Numbered from the whole stretch's first letter, positions 10,379-22,982 are shown. The stretch is DNA of 61,115 bases, filler included, from 7 parts of 7 records of this genome joined end to end with filler, not necessarily neighbours in it, one strand, 5' to 3'. Program-made: numbers and translations. Notes: generated by a model not told the origin, from the letters alone.

Positions 10379-13300
10379 ATGCGGCTTCAGCTGGTTGCAG
10401 CTGTGCTGGCCGGGCTGGTCACCTGCCTCGACGGGACCAAGTCGGACACCGGGTCGATCGTTGACGATGCGGTCGCCCTCGGGGTTCGCAGTGCAATGAG
10501 GGCGGTCCGCTCCCGACTCGGCCCGGCCCCGCCCGCCGGAGCGGCCCGGCGCCACGAGGCCAATGCTCGGGACTGCCACAAGGCAAAGCAGCTCCGGGCC
10601 CTCGGGCTCGGATCGCTGGCTCGGGTATACGCCAAGCGGTGCGCGAGGGGCGCCACGGATAGCGACCAACAACAACCTGCGAGAGTGGCCGAGCCGATCA
10701 AAAGTGGTCCGACCTCCGGAGCCAGCCCGGCGGGCGATTCCGTGCAAAAGGAGCTGGCGGAAGAGGCCGAAGTGATGCAGGCGCGCAGCCGACTGCAGGA
10801 GCAGATCCGCTCTATGCCGGCCGAGGTACTCCAGGAGCATTCAAGACTCATCCAAGCATCACTCAGCCAGCCAGTTCATCACCAGCTGTCCAGCCCGGCA
10901 CCGCCGGCTCCGCGGAGTGATGCCGCTAGTGTGTCCAGGCCTCCTTCACCAAAGCTAGACCGAGCGCACTCTGAGTGGCGGCGTGCTCAGCCGGCAGAGG
11001 CTACCGTGCAAGACAACCTGATGCGCCGAGAAGCCCAGCTGATCTCTCGTGAGAACCGGATATCAGCCGAGCGGCAGGCGGCTAAGCAGATGGCGCAGGA
11101 GGTGGCGATTAAGCGGGAGCAGGCGGATGCGCAGCTCAAGGAGTCTCGCACCAGGGCCGCCCGGCTGACAAGCCAAGCCAACAAGCTGCTTCGGGATGCC
11201 GAGGAGAAGGCGGCCCAAGAAGAGACTAAGGCGCACCGTGATCAAGCCAAGCTCGAGAGATCGGCCGCGCAACAAGCTGAAGATCTCCAAGAAAGCGCCT
11301 CTAGCAAGGCGGAGAGCCTGAAGGCCGCAGCGCTCGCCCATGCAAAGCGAGTCAAGGGCGAGGCGGATCGGGCGGCCAAATCGGAGCTGGACCGAGCCGA
11401 TCAGCTCCAGGCCAGCGCCAAGGCAAGCATCGAGGCCGCACGCGCTTCGGAGAGTAAGGAAAGTGCTCAGTTTGCACACAGGGAGGCCAAGACACAGGAG
11501 AAGCTGCAGCAGGAAAAAGAAGCGCTGCGCACTCGGGAGGCGGCAGCCCAGAAAGAAATGGCCACAGCCAGAAAGACCCAGCAGCGAGCTGTTCGGCGCA
11601 ACAAAGAGGCCGAGAAGCTTCAGAAGAAAGCCAGGCGACAGGCACGGAGGATTCTGCGAGAGGCAAAGCGGCGGGCTGCGAGCACGCTGGGAGATGCCCA
11701 GAGCAAGCTGGAACAGGTGGCTGCGGATCGAGAGAGCGAACAGCTGAAGCTGGAGGCGATGGAGGCTGGAGCCCACGAGAAAGCAGCCCAAGTGCTCGAA
11801 CAGGCAAGAGCGCGCGGCCGGCGGATGGCAGATCGGATGCGACAAGCAATGGATCGCGAAGCAGAGAAGAGTCGGCAGAAGGCCAACAGCGAGCTCACAA
11901 AGCAGAGAGCCAGACTACAGCAGGAGGAGAACAAAATCTCCGTGCACACTCAGCAGCAAGCGGCTAGGTCGGCACGTAGCAGAGCCCACGCAGAGCAGGC
12001 GATCAGGCTCGAGCAGGAGGCTGCTAGGGCGAAGATTGAGGAATCGCAAGAGGCCGAGGCCCGACAGGAGGCAGAAGCCAGGAAGCGGAACTTGAAGCTC
12101 ATGGCTCAGAAACGTTCAAGTGCAGACGGGCTTGTGTCGGAGGCCGAGCAGAAGGCCAAGCTTATCCTTAGCAATGCAAAGGACTCGGTGCGCACCCAGC
12201 AAGATAGGCTAAAGCGTGGCGAGGAAAGACAGAAGCGGCATCTTCAGCACGAGCGAGACCACGAAAAGCTTGCAGAGAAGCAGATGCGAGACGCTGCTCA
12301 AAATAAGCTAGCAGCCCAGAAAAAGCAGGCGGATGACCAGATCCAGAAATTATTATCAAATGCCGAAAAGGCGTCAACGCGGATCACCGAGCAAGCCACA
12401 CAAGCTGCCAAACAGGGCAGAATTGGGGAGGCTAAGGAGGAGGAGAATCGGAGAGTCAAAGCTGAAAAGGAGGTGAGGTCTCTCAAGCAGTCAGCAAAGA
12501 ACCAGGTGTGCGTAAGATCTTGGCTGGTTTGTGACTGGGTGACAGGTGACGCAGGAGCTCAAGCAAGCCAAGAAGCTGATGAAGAAGGAAAAGCAAGAGC
12601 TAGCAGCGGATGTGAGCAGAGTCTCTAATGAGTTGCAGCAAGAGAAGCTTGCGGGCTTGAGGAAGATACACAGCATGGTCAAGGCTGCACAAGAGCATCG
12701 AGTTGCTGAGGAGGCCGAGACAGTCGGTAAGTGAAACCTGTGTGTATGTATGATGACACTGGCGTGCAGGGACACTCGGGAATGCTACACACAAGGCCCA
12801 AGCCATGCTCGACAGGGTCGGCCGTGCAGTCAAAGCAGTCATGTCTAAAGCTAATCAGGTGGCGCATCGAGAGGAGGCACGGGTTGAACAACACCAACAA
12901 AAGCAGAAGCAGCAAGAGCAATCCATCAAAGATGCGTCTGAAACGCTGGTGCACAAGGCAGAAAGTGTTGAACAGTTGGTCGAGCGTAATCTCAATCAGG
13001 CAGTGAAGCGCGCAAACATGCAGGCCAATTTGGCCAAGGAAGCGTCTAGTCAGCAGGTACTTAAGGTCAAGGCTGAGCTGAAGGAAGCGCGAGATGGCAT
13101 CAAGACCGCACACCAAGCAACTGACGCTCTCAAGCACCAAGCCAACAGAAGAGCCGAACGAATCATTGCTCAGGCCAAGAAGCAAGCAGCTGCCTTGGTG
13201 CAAGCCAGTAAGACGTCCGCAACACACATTGTGGCATCTGCAAAGCGGAAGGTGCGAGATGAAGACAAACAGACTGCAACGGTTGAAGCAGCAGCGCAGC

Positions 13301-15477
13301 ACAAGCTCAAAAAGTTGGTGGCTGAGCAGCAAGCGGTGTCTGACAAGACAGAACAAGAACAGAAGGCACAGATGGCTCAGGCCCACAGATATCTAGAGCA
13401 GACGAAAAAGAAAGCTGCAGAATTGTTAGAGGCGCAGAAGGAGAGCAAAGCGAATAATACAGCTGCTTTAATACGTCATGCAAAGCATCAGGCAGCCAAG
13501 GATTCCAAGGAAGTTATGCACAAGGCCTTGACCCATGAGAAAATGGTTGAGAAGAGGGCTTCTGCCCGTGTGGCCAATGTTAAGGCTGCAGAAGAGAAGA
13601 AGCTGCATGAGAAAGAGTTTGGACTGATGAAGCTGACAAGGGCGATTGAGCACAAAACAGCCCAGAAGTTGCATGATGCTCAGGAACAAGCCCGCCAAAA
13701 GCAACAGAGAGCAACAGCCGATGAGAAGAGGTTGTCCAAAGTGGACAAAGGCTTGTCGTTGGAGAAGCAAAAGGTGCAAACTGTCTCCAAGCGAGAAAGT
13801 GGAATCAAGAGTAAGCTCGCCCTGTTTAAGGAGAAAGCAGCTGCTGAGGCCGACACTATTCACCAATTGAACAGCGAGCTACACAAGGCCAGAAGGGAAG
13901 TCGACGTAGCGCATGAAGCAAATATGCTGCTTGCGAACAAGACAAAGCGTGTGGGAAAGTTCGCAGCTTCTGTGGCCAATCAAGCATTGGCAAGCTCAGC
14001 TCAGACCAGCTTGAACTCCAATGTAGATAATGAACTGAAAGCCGATGCGCTGGCAGTGGCGCAGCTAGCAGACAGGGAAGAGGCACGACAGCGTGAGCGG
14101 CAGGAACAAGAGGTAATTTATGGAAACAGTAAAGGTGTTTCCAAAAGGACAGCTGTGGGTGTGCTTGACAAGCCTGCACTCGATCCAGCAAATGGCTCCA
14201 AGGTAAACAAGCACAGCAAAGCAAGCGAGGCAAGACCAGCGAACCAGCAACACACCTCGACAAATGCTCTGAAGACCGGAGCGCACACCTTGAGACACAA
14301 GTTTAAGCTCGCTTCAGCCGGATCAGCTCGATTGATGCAGGATCACTATGTGATTCGGAAACAGCACGCCCAAATTCTAGAGGCTGATGACGGCATCATG
14401 GCAGCCAAGGAGCGGCTAATGCAGGTGCTTCTCGCTCATGCAGGCCTGACAACATAGACTAGAACCTTCCTGGCCTAAACGCGTAGGTTGGAATGACTGG
14501 TGGGGGCAGGCTGCTGCCAAGGAAACTGCTCTGAGCACTGCGCTGGCTAATCCGCATTTGGGCATCAATGAGAAGAAAGGGTATTCTGCAAAGCTCAATG
14601 CTATACGTGCCAAGAAAAAACTTTTTCAAAAGGCGATCTCTCACTATGAGGAAATTGTGAAGACAGCAGAAACAAAATTGCGACAAGCAAACATCGATGC
14701 TGCTGCTGGCCAGAGTCAAAAACGAACTGGCTCAGTCGTCGATGCTAGTGCAGTCCACCTCGACAAGGCAACTGTTCGAGAACAGAATGCTATTGCCACG
14801 CTGCTAAAGCATAGGCAGGCACATAAGTCTGTGGTCTCAGGCGCAAAAGTGCAGCTCAATCAGGCATTGATCTCGTCAGACACGGCGCGAATGGAAAGAC
14901 TAAAGACTAAAGAGTTGGAAGCGCAAAGGCGCGTCGATAAGTTGCAGAAGGCCGAAACAGTATGGAAAGGGTTTGTTGATTCGACCTCAGGCAGCACCCA
15001 GCAGCAGTTCCGGCTAAAACTAGCGAAAGCAAAAGAGAAGGAGCATGAGGCTCAAGTTGCAAAGAAGCTTTATGTTGACCAAGAGGCTCGAACATCACAA
15101 AAGAAGCGCCTTGATGAGATTAAGCTCCATGTTATTACATAGCACAATATTAAGCACAATAAGGAGATTGCTTTCAATAAATGCATTTGTCCACATTGCT
15201 TTATAAATTCTTTTGTTAAACCCTCAAGTGGTGCGACCATGGTTCGCGATAGCGTGGCGAGTGCCACCGTTCTTTACTAAAACAGTTGTCTCACGAAAAA
15301 GAAAAGAGGGCTTGCTCCTACTATAGGCATTATAAACAATTCAATAAATGTACCAGCCAGTGCGAGTCGCTCAAACCACGCGGGCGCACGAATATTAAAC
15401 CATGGTTGGAGAACCTAAACCATGATGTAGGACTGTCAAGATTGCATTGCGCGAATCGTCACCTTAATATGAATTAA
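10379..15477 (+). CDS. Very long Ala/Lys/Glu/Gln-rich coiled-coil protein with signal peptide; multi-exon, 3' structure uncertain
   Basis: MRLQLVAAVLAGLVTCLDG start. Successive + ORFs joined by short GT-AG introns (e.g. 12506-12545, 12727-12769). Confidence 0.65.
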
Positions 15478-15488
15478 TAGTCTCGCAA

Positions 15489-18350
15489 TCACTGAGCCCG
15501 GGACAGCGACTGTTCCTCGCCGTACATCACGCTCACCGTGTCCTTATTAAAGCGGATGCTCTTGGCAGCTCCCGCCCAGCCACCCAGCCCCACCTTGTCT
15601 CACCAATCAAGCCACATCCAAGCATGCACGCACCACAGCGGCCGGTTGGTCTTGGTTGATCTCAATTTTCAGCTGGTCCACGCCGCTCGGTTCGGCCGGC
15701 TTGGAACTGTCGGTGCACGGGTCAGTCGCTGAACCAGCTGCAGGCTGTCAGCTTACCTGTGTGGGAGCATGACGGTCACGAAACTCCGTTGCGCAGACAC
15801 GCTCGCACTCATGAACATGTGCACGTCTGGGCAGCCTCCGCGGCTGGCAGGGTCGCACAATGGCATATCCGGCCGGCAACTAACCGATCCAGTCTCCACG
15901 TTACACACCCGTCCATCGGGCTCGCCGCCAGCCATCGCCACCAGCAGCCGGTGGCCGGTGAAATTGAGGTCCCACCAGCCCCACCTTCCCCCAATTAGCG
16001 CTGATTCCCTGGCAGCACCCACCCCTCACTTGCTGTTGCCGGAGCCCCGCTCACTGGCAGCCCTGCATCCGGATCAGCAAGGGTTTAATGACTGGTTGCC
16101 CGTGGGAGTCAGGCTGAGCGTGGGGCCTGTCAGCACAGGCGAGGCCCGGACCGAACTCGGTGTGACGCTGTCCTCACTCGGCCTCGCTACAACCCGGGCG
16201 CACCTATCGAACAGAACTAGCCCGCCGGACTCGTTGAGCAACACCGCGACCCGTTGCCACACAGAGCCGTACCCGTGCATATCGCGGATCGTTGCCACCG
16301 CGCACGCATCGCCCTGACTGCTCACCCAGGCCCGGGTGCGGTTGGGGTCAGCATAAGGATAGAACCAGGATTGCTCAAACCCTCCAGCGTAGCGCCCGAA
16401 GCTGCCAGCAGTGGCCTCGCCCACATGCCTATCGGCCGGCGGGACCGCAAACGATGCGTTAATCCACACCGGCATCTTGCAGCCGTCCCCGACATCGCCG
16501 CAGCTGGTGTTAGTCTGCCCCCGGTGTCACATGGACAGTGCGCTGGACCGCACGCACCGCGAAGGCAAACGGGCCAACAGTTCGCCACCAGAACCGGAGA
16601 TGGGTGTACTCATCCGCGATGTCAAACGTGGCTCTAACAGGCTGCGTCCTCGCAAAGCTTGTCACTCCGCCTGCAGCGCAGCCCAGCAGCAGAGAGCTGC
16701 CAGTTCGACCAGGAGGCGTCTGCGAGCTGTTGGCCGAGCCTGGCCAGATCTGGGCGGCGCCCAATGGCAGCTCCCGTGTGCCGGCTGGGCCGATGAGCTC
16801 CATCCCGTGCACCTCGACTTGGAACGAGCTGTTTTGGCTGTTGACAGTCGCATCACACTGCAGCGCCAGACTGTCTAGCCGCCGCGTGGTGTACTCATCC
16901 ATGTCGTTGCTCTCTGTCATTAGAAACCGGGTGGAGAGCACCATCTGCTGCCACTCTGCGGGCTCTGTCACCATCCCAGCACCGCCCACCCACGGGAAGC
17001 TCCGTCGTGTCGCTGGATCTGTCGCTGCTGCCAGTGCAATCGTGTTACCCTGAGGCACTGCAGGCGCGTGCTTCCGGCCGACTGAGCGGGTGTGGCGAAT
17101 GCCGTTGAAAGAATACTCGAGCAAGTCGCCGACGATTTGGGTGGTGGCTTCGTGGTACAGACTCACGGTCGACCAGAGCTCAAACATTGCAAACCCTGAG
17201 CTTTCGCCTGAGAGCAGCAGCTTATCAGGCAGCAGTGCAGGGCCAGGCCGGCTGTTCCGGGCCTCACGCCGCCAGAACACCTCACCGCGTCGTGCGCTCG
17301 GCTTTACGGCCGGCAGCTGCGGATTGGCGTGATCGTGAGCAAGCATCGCAGACACAGGATCGCACCCGGGGTAGGCCGCGGTCGGGCATCCGCTCGCGTT
17401 GCAGCCAAACAGCAGCTGGGCGCGGTACCGGAGCAGCCCATCCGTGTCGTTGGTGGCGCTTGCCATCCGTTCGAAGGCTGAGTTGAACAGCAGCGGCGAC
17501 TCGCACGGGCCGTTGGAGGCTCCGAACGGAGGCATGCACGACTGAGCACCCATGTTGTTGAAATAATGCGCAAAACGGCGGATCATGCCCACTGTGGCCG
17601 GGTGGGTGACGTCCGTCGGGGCACCCATCAAGTCCGGGATGACGTTGACGATCAGTTGGGCCGATATGCCGTTGTAATTGACCGAGTTTTCGGGATACAC
17701 ATGCTGGCTGGTCCACGACCGCCAGGCACGCTGCGAGTAGTTGGCGTAGACTCCGTTATTCTTGGGCCAGGCGTCCACGTCGGGGAACACTTGGAGCACG
17801 GCGGCTGCGTCGGCCAGGTGCTGGAAGCCTTTGTTCCAGTTACCGAGCTCCTCGATCCCATCAGCAGGCTCACCCAGCCCGGACAGTACTGGATTCAACC
17901 AATCATCCAGCCCAGCCTTGAAGGTGCTCAGTAGCTCGGCTGGCCAGTCCGGCTCAGCCCCCAGCCCCCGGAGCGTCTGGTAGGCCATTGGGAGTGTCCA
18001 GCCCACAAACCCGGAACGCGCCCACGGTCTGGTCCCGTTCGCTGAGGCGTTCGCCCAGCCCTCCGCGAAGTTCTGGAGGCCTTGGGCGGCCCGGACGGCC
18101 CAGACCGGCTCCCGGGTGTGCTTGAAGAGCAGCGCGGCCGCCAGGGACCAGGTATCCACCTGCTCGCCCGTCTCGTTCACGCGGTGCCGTGCGTCGTGCA
18201 GGCCTGCCGCCCGATCCGGCAGCGGGCCGGCCGGCCGGAGGCACCGGCTTGGTAGCAGTTGGCCGCGGCAGTCAGGTAGTCGGGGCCGCTCCTGGAGCCG
18301 CATACGAGCGGAAGCACCAGCGCCACCAGCGCAAGAACTCGTCGGCCCAT
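15489..18350 (-). CDS. Secreted protein, weakly heparinase II/III / polysaccharide-lyase-like; multi-exon
   Basis: Signal MGRRVLALVALVLPLVCG. Helical region with NWNKG, YPENSVNY, PPFGAS, then a beta-rich C-terminus. Exon joins inferred. Confidence 0.5.
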
Positions 18351-18425
18351 GATGATTGGACGCCGGATTCGACCGTTACTACACCGGCCCGGCGGCTGGG
18401 CAGTTGTCACTCGGCTTTGTGGAGG

Positions 18426-19958
18426 ATGCAGAGCAACTCGGAGTCGGTCTGGGCCGAGAGCTCGCTGCTGGAGGCCATCCTTGCGATCCGCGGGCTCCCA
18501 GTGGCCCGGGCGGCCGTCTGCGTCTGCCCTCGCTGGGCCAAGATTGCGCAGGCCCTGATCAAAGACTGGGCCCGGCTGCGATCGCTCTGGAGCCAGCGCG
18601 GGGTCCGGGACGAGCGAGAATGGATCGGTCACAGGACCGACGACGGCGACCTCGGAGACTTTGATACCTGCGACGAGGGTCCCGTGGTGGTGGCGGCACC
18701 GGCGGGCGGGTTCGTTTGCTTGGACCAGATGGAGTGCGACCCCCGGATGGTGAGCTTCCAGCCGGGGAAGAACTACACGCAGGAGCAAGCGCTGTGGCCG
18801 GGCTACGGCCATCAGGTGCTCATGGGCGAGGACGAGCTCGGCGGCTCGGAGAGGTGCATTGCTGTCGGAAGTAACGGCTCGACTCTCTTCGCGCTGGAGG
18901 GATGTACTGTCAAGCGCACAGCAGACGGGGTCGACTTCAGCGCCCTGGAGGAGGGCGAAGCTGAGTGGGAGAGCTCGGACAGCGAGCTGTTTGTGCTCGG
19001 AGGTCAGCTTCTGACGGCCATGAGCCTGGCTGTGTCTGGAGGCCGCGTGTATGCTTACGTCCCCAGCGGCGTGCACGGGGGCTGGCTTGTGGTGCTCATG
19101 GAAGACACCCTGGACCTGGTTCGAGTCGTTGAAGGTCTCTGTGCAGCTGAGACGGCGCCTGACCGAGAGATTACCGTTGGGCGACAGGGCCTGCTGGTGA
19201 ACGGATCCTCTCACGAACTATTTGTTGCGGACAGCAGTGGCAACAGAATCCTGGTGTACCACACGGGGGACCGGCTGGGCACGCCGGTTCGCCAGTTTGA
19301 CGCGTTCCACGAGAGGGGACAGCATGACGCGTTTGCGTTGGCTCTCGGTTATGACGATGACCTGCTCGTGCTCTCTGGCAATCGAATAGCTCGGTGCTCT
19401 CTTGAGGGAGTGCTGCTCCAAATCGCCACCCTGGTGGACTGGAGTCCCCGATCGCTATGTGTTGGGCAAGGAGCCTCGGTGGGCATGGTCTTTGTTGGGT
19501 GTGGCAGCAAGGACGACGACTTGAATGTGTATGGATACGGCGACGAGTCAGTTCATGTAATGCTGCTGGACAACCAGCCCAACAACGGCCCGTTCACGTA
19601 CACACCTCCCGGCCAAGCTGTCACTGCCATGGGTCAAGTCGTGCCAAACAGCGGCGCTTTTCATGATTTTGTATGGGAGGTTTCTGGTGGCAATCAATAT
19701 GGGTTCCTCGGTGGTGATGGCGAGGAGTTTGGGCCGTTTGAGTCTGCACGAATGCAGCGGACAATCGAGCACGCCTGGCTGAGCCAGGAGGAAACCGTCT
19801 TGGTTCTTGCGCGGGGTGAAAACTGGATCATCTCGCTTCGAGGCGATTCCGCGATGACGGCGCACAAACAGTCCGGACGGGAGTCTCTCACGGTGCTTCA
19901 AGTGCGCCGGCGTCAATGCTCCAAGCCTGACAAGGCTGCTTTCAACCTCCACTCTTAA
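18426..19958 (+). CDS. F-box-like + NHL-type beta-propeller + WWE-like domain protein
   Basis: LLEAILA...AAVCVCPRWAKIA (F-box-like), ELFVADSSGNRILVY (NHL-like), FVWEV...FGPFESARMQRTIEHAW...VRRR (WWE-like). Confidence 0.6.
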   Translation: MQSNSESVWAESSLLEAILAIRGLPVARAAVCVCPRWAKIAQALIKDWARLRSLWSQRGVRDEREWIGHRTDDGDLGDFDTCDEGPVVVAAPAGGFVCLDQMECDPRMVSFQPGKNYTQEQALWPGYGHQVLMGEDELGGSERCIAVGSNGSTLFALEGCTVKRTADGVDFSALEEGEAEWESSDSELFVLGGQLLTAMSLAVSGGRVYAYVPSGVHGGWLVVLMEDTLDLVRVVEGLCAAETAPDREITVGRQGLLVNGSSHELFVADSSGNRILVYHTGDRLGTPVRQFDAFHERGQHDAFALALGYDDDLLVLSGNRIARCSLEGVLLQIATLVDWSPRSLCVGQGASVGMVFVGCGSKDDDLNVYGYGDESVHVMLLDNQPNNGPFTYTPPGQAVTAMGQVVPNSGAFHDFVWEVSGGNQYGFLGGDGEEFGPFESARMQRTIEHAWLSQEETVLVLARGENWIISLRGDSAMTAHKQSGRESLTVLQVRRRQCSKPDKAAFNLHS

Positions 19959-20089
19959 TTAACTCTTAATTAGTGAGTGAGGCTTATACCCCAGCGGGGT
20001 ACATGATTGTAACTAGGGGCGTCTTAGGTGTATCATAAAGACCATTTAGAATACGAGTGCGAGTTCGTATGCACTCAGTATGCACTTAG

Positions 20090-21520
20090 TTAAGTCGGCT
20101 GAATGTTCGCACAAGTCAGAGTACTCATGTTCCCCCGGCGAAGCTTGTCGAGCACACAGTCAAGACGCACATCGAACAGCTTTAGTGCAGCTCCATACAC
20201 GAGCTCGTCTGCGATATCCACAAAGCCGCCGAGTGCCTTCTTGATCTCATCGCGAGATCGCGGCCGAGGCCTGGTCTTGCGGCGGCGTAAGCGTTGGGTG
20301 TTTCGATTAGTGATCACTGAAGTCTCCTGCGGGTAAACTTGTCCACCGAGCAGCCTGTGAAAGAGGCAAACGCTGCTATTCCACTCCTCCTGTAGGCCTA
20401 CAAATGCGAGCTTGGCTAGGTTCGCCACAGCGGCGTTCGTTTCGGCTCGACTCGGGAAGGCACAGGCACAACCCGGCGGCTGGCTCGGGAAGGCAGGCTT
20501 GTGGCTCTGGCACCTGCACCGCATGCTGTGCTCCGCGTCGGTCTCTCCATCCGATGCACGACTCATCGCGCCTGACGGACCCTCGATGAAGGCACTGCAT
20601 TCGGTGCGCGCCCCGAGCATCTTAGTCGCACAGCCTCGGATGCTCGGGTACCGCACAAACTTGGCTAAAGACGGTGCATGCCCTCGCTCAGTGGCCACAA
20701 AGCTTCTGAAGCTCTGCTCGGCCGAGTCGGGCAGCCCCCATCTGTGCATATCGAAATAGAAAGCGGAGACCAGTCGCTGGCTCGGGCTGCGCAGCATGGT
20801 GACCACGTCCAATTGGTGAAGCCGGCTGTGGTCCATCAGCGGGGCGTGTGTCAGCTGATTTTGCAGCCACACCTTTAGAGACATGCCAATGCCTGGCGCA
20901 AGCCGAGACGGGTTACACAGCTCTGGATGCTCAGCCACCAGCTCGGCGATCTCCGTGGGCGTCCAGGCGCACTCCTCGCGGTACATGCTAGCTCGGTGGG
21001 CCCGGCTGTCACAGTTGGCGATCGGGCTATTGATCGCAGGGATTCCAGTCGAATTGCCGCATGAGAACCGGATAAAGCTCTCCCAGAATGAACTACCGGT
21101 CTTGGGCACCCGCAGCAGCCTCATGCGGGTGCGGGCCGGATCGGGCGCCGGCAAAGGTGCCGTCCGAGCATCGCAGAGCATGTCGGCGTTGGTCTGACCA
21201 ACCTCGTTGCCCGCTGGCGCCTGCAGCTTGGATCTGATTTGGTCCAGCGCGGCCTGATTGGCGGCCTGCAGGGCGTCGCCGTCCACTCCGGCGAACCCCC
21301 CGACGTCCGGCAGTTGCCATCGGAAAGGTAGAGGCACTGAATACTGCGGGGACCGGAAGGAGGCTGGGGGCGCAGCGCTCGGTGGCAACTCCTGGTCACG
21401 GTGCTGGGGGCGCAGCGCTCGATCGGCCAGCTTCTTGTACCAGATAAGCCCGCCACCGAGCGCTGCGCCCAGCACCGTGACCAGGAGTTGCCGCACCGGG
21501 CGCCATTTTTTGGGCCACAT
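20090..21520 (-). CDS. Type II membrane (Golgi-type) carbohydrate sulfotransferase
   Basis: N-terminal TM anchor, 5'-PSB RVPKTGSS, 3'-PB TMLRSPSQRLVSAFY, FVGLQEEWNSS. Confidence 0.82.
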   Translation of the reverse strand: MWPKKWRPVRQLLVTVLGAALGGGLIWYKKLADRALRPQHRDQELPPSAAPPASFRSPQYSVPLPFRWQLPDVGGFAGVDGDALQAANQAALDQIRSKLQAPAGNEVGQTNADMLCDARTAPLPAPDPARTRMRLLRVPKTGSSFWESFIRFSCGNSTGIPAINSPIANCDSRAHRASMYREECAWTPTEIAELVAEHPELCNPSRLAPGIGMSLKVWLQNQLTHAPLMDHSRLHQLDVVTMLRSPSQRLVSAFYFDMHRWGLPDSAEQSFRSFVATERGHAPSLAKFVRYPSIRGCATKMLGARTECSAFIEGPSGAMSRASDGETDAEHSMRCRCQSHKPAFPSQPPGCACAFPSRAETNAAVANLAKLAFVGLQEEWNSSVCLFHRLLGGQVYPQETSVITNRNTQRLRRRKTRPRPRSRDEIKKALGGFVDIADELVYGAALKLFDVRLDCVLDKLRRGNMSTLTCANIQPT

Positions 21521-21767
21521 CCGACTGCCTCGGTAACATTACGGACGTATACGGGTAGACTACTAACTACATGTAATAAGCTTACATGTAGATCTCTACC
21601 TCTCATGATCAATCAGCCTATGATTATATCGCATCGACACTGCCCGATAAATTAAGACTTGTAACGGTGAGGCAAACCCCTCCATCTATTTATCGAAACA
21701 ACCGGTCTGCCTTTTTAATTTATTTGCGCGATCGCACGAATTCCCACCCTAGATTGTGCAATTTCAA

Positions 21768-22982
21768 TCACGTGAAAACGCCCCCCTGTCTCATGGAAAT
21801 CTTCCCCTGCCATGTGCTGCAGTCCATCTCGATCGTCGCCTCTGTGAAGTTCCGGCGAAACAGCCCCGGCCTCGCACTGTCCTCCTCACATGAATCGGTC
21901 AGCGGCGTGCCGTAGTCGACCTCAAAGAGTGGCGACCAGTTGCCTTGGTAATGGTTGCCGTTGCCAGTCCACCCGTGGCCAAGCCAAGCGTAAGGGCCGC
22001 GGACCAACAAGAACACCGTCAAGTCCTGCATCAAGGCTGGCAGCTGCCCGGTGGCGTTGACAAGTGTACGATGCGCCTGCCGTGTCAGCTCAAGCATCAG
22101 GGCCAGCTGGCCGAGCGGTGCAGCAGGGGTGCACGCAGAGCGGAGGAAGGCGGTGCACTGCTCCTGCACTGTGGGCCCTGAGTTGTTCCGGCCTGGATAC
22201 CAGGGCGGCACCCAGGGAGTCACTGCCGACATTGTGCAGGGCTGCGTCGCACTGGGCGCCGACCTGCAGTTGAACAGCGCCCAGTCGAACCCACCGCTGG
22301 CAACAATCTTGTGGTGCACAGCCGCCTGCGTCTCGCTCCACGCAGCAGTGAGCTCCTTCACGTCTGAGGGTGCCAGGCCCATGTCTCGCAGTGGCTCGCA
22401 CGGCAGCGACCCTCCGCACACGTACTCCGAGGGGCCCTTGACTGGATCCCACTGGTCATCTAGAAACATGCCAGCTACGTCCTTGTGTGCCATGCCCGTG
22501 CTGCCGCCGATGTACTCCTCGAGCAGCCACTCCCGCAAAGAGGAGTTGCGATGGTCAAACAGGTACTCCCCGCAAGGATGCTTCCCACAGTCACATGCGC
22601 CTTTGCAAAGGCCTGCCGCCTGGCTCCCAGTATTCGGCACGAGCGTCTGGTCGTGGTAAAACTGAGAGCACTTGGGTGGGCTGTAGTTATGATCGCAGGG
22701 AGGCGATGTGGTGGTGTTGCTCGCCAGTCTCGCAGGATCGAACTTGACAAACCAGCCGTCGTACTGCGGGTCGTCTATCACCCTCTGCACGCTCTCGAAC
22801 CAGTTGTCAGCCTTTACAATGTTGCGGTAGACCCAAGCCTTGACCTTCGGCCGTGCTGCCTTCAGCATCTCCACCTGCGTGACCATGTTTGCGAGGCAGG
22901 TCGCCCGGGCTGGTCCAGGCGATCGAGACAGATTGCCTGCCCAGTACTTCCGGCTATTCTCCCAGTCAATATCCACGATCCC
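21768..22982 (-). CDS. Putative glycoside-hydrolase-like TIM-barrel protein (5' truncated at spacer)
   Basis: WVYRNIVKA, YLFDHRN, GMFLDD, FLLVRGPYAWLG, DYGTP...FRRNF pattern, Cys-rich; family not pinned down. Confidence 0.5.
   Translation of the reverse strand, partial: GIVDIDWENSRKYWAGNLSRSPGPARATCLANMVTQVEMLKAARPKVKAWVYRNIVKADNWFESVQRVIDDPQYDGWFVKFDPARLASNTTTSPPCDHNYSPPKCSQFYHDQTLVPNTGSQAAGLCKGACDCGKHPCGEYLFDHRNSSLREWLLEEYIGGSTGMAHKDVAGMFLDDQWDPVKGPSEYVCGGSLPCEPLRDMGLAPSDVKELTAAWSETQAAVHHKIVASGGFDWALFNCRSAPSATQPCTMSAVTPWVPPWYPGRNNSGPTVQEQCTAFLRSACTPAAPLGQLALMLELTRQAHRTLVNATGQLPALMQDLTVFLLVRGPYAWLGHGWTGNGNHYQGNWSPLFEVDYGTPLTDSCEEDSARPGLFRRNFTEATIEMDCSTWQGKISMRQGGVFT

Noticed and set aside
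18426-19958. NHL propeller as the PAL partner of the nearby PHM-like enzyme
   Set aside because: No signal peptide, and it carries cytosolic F-box/WWE-like domains
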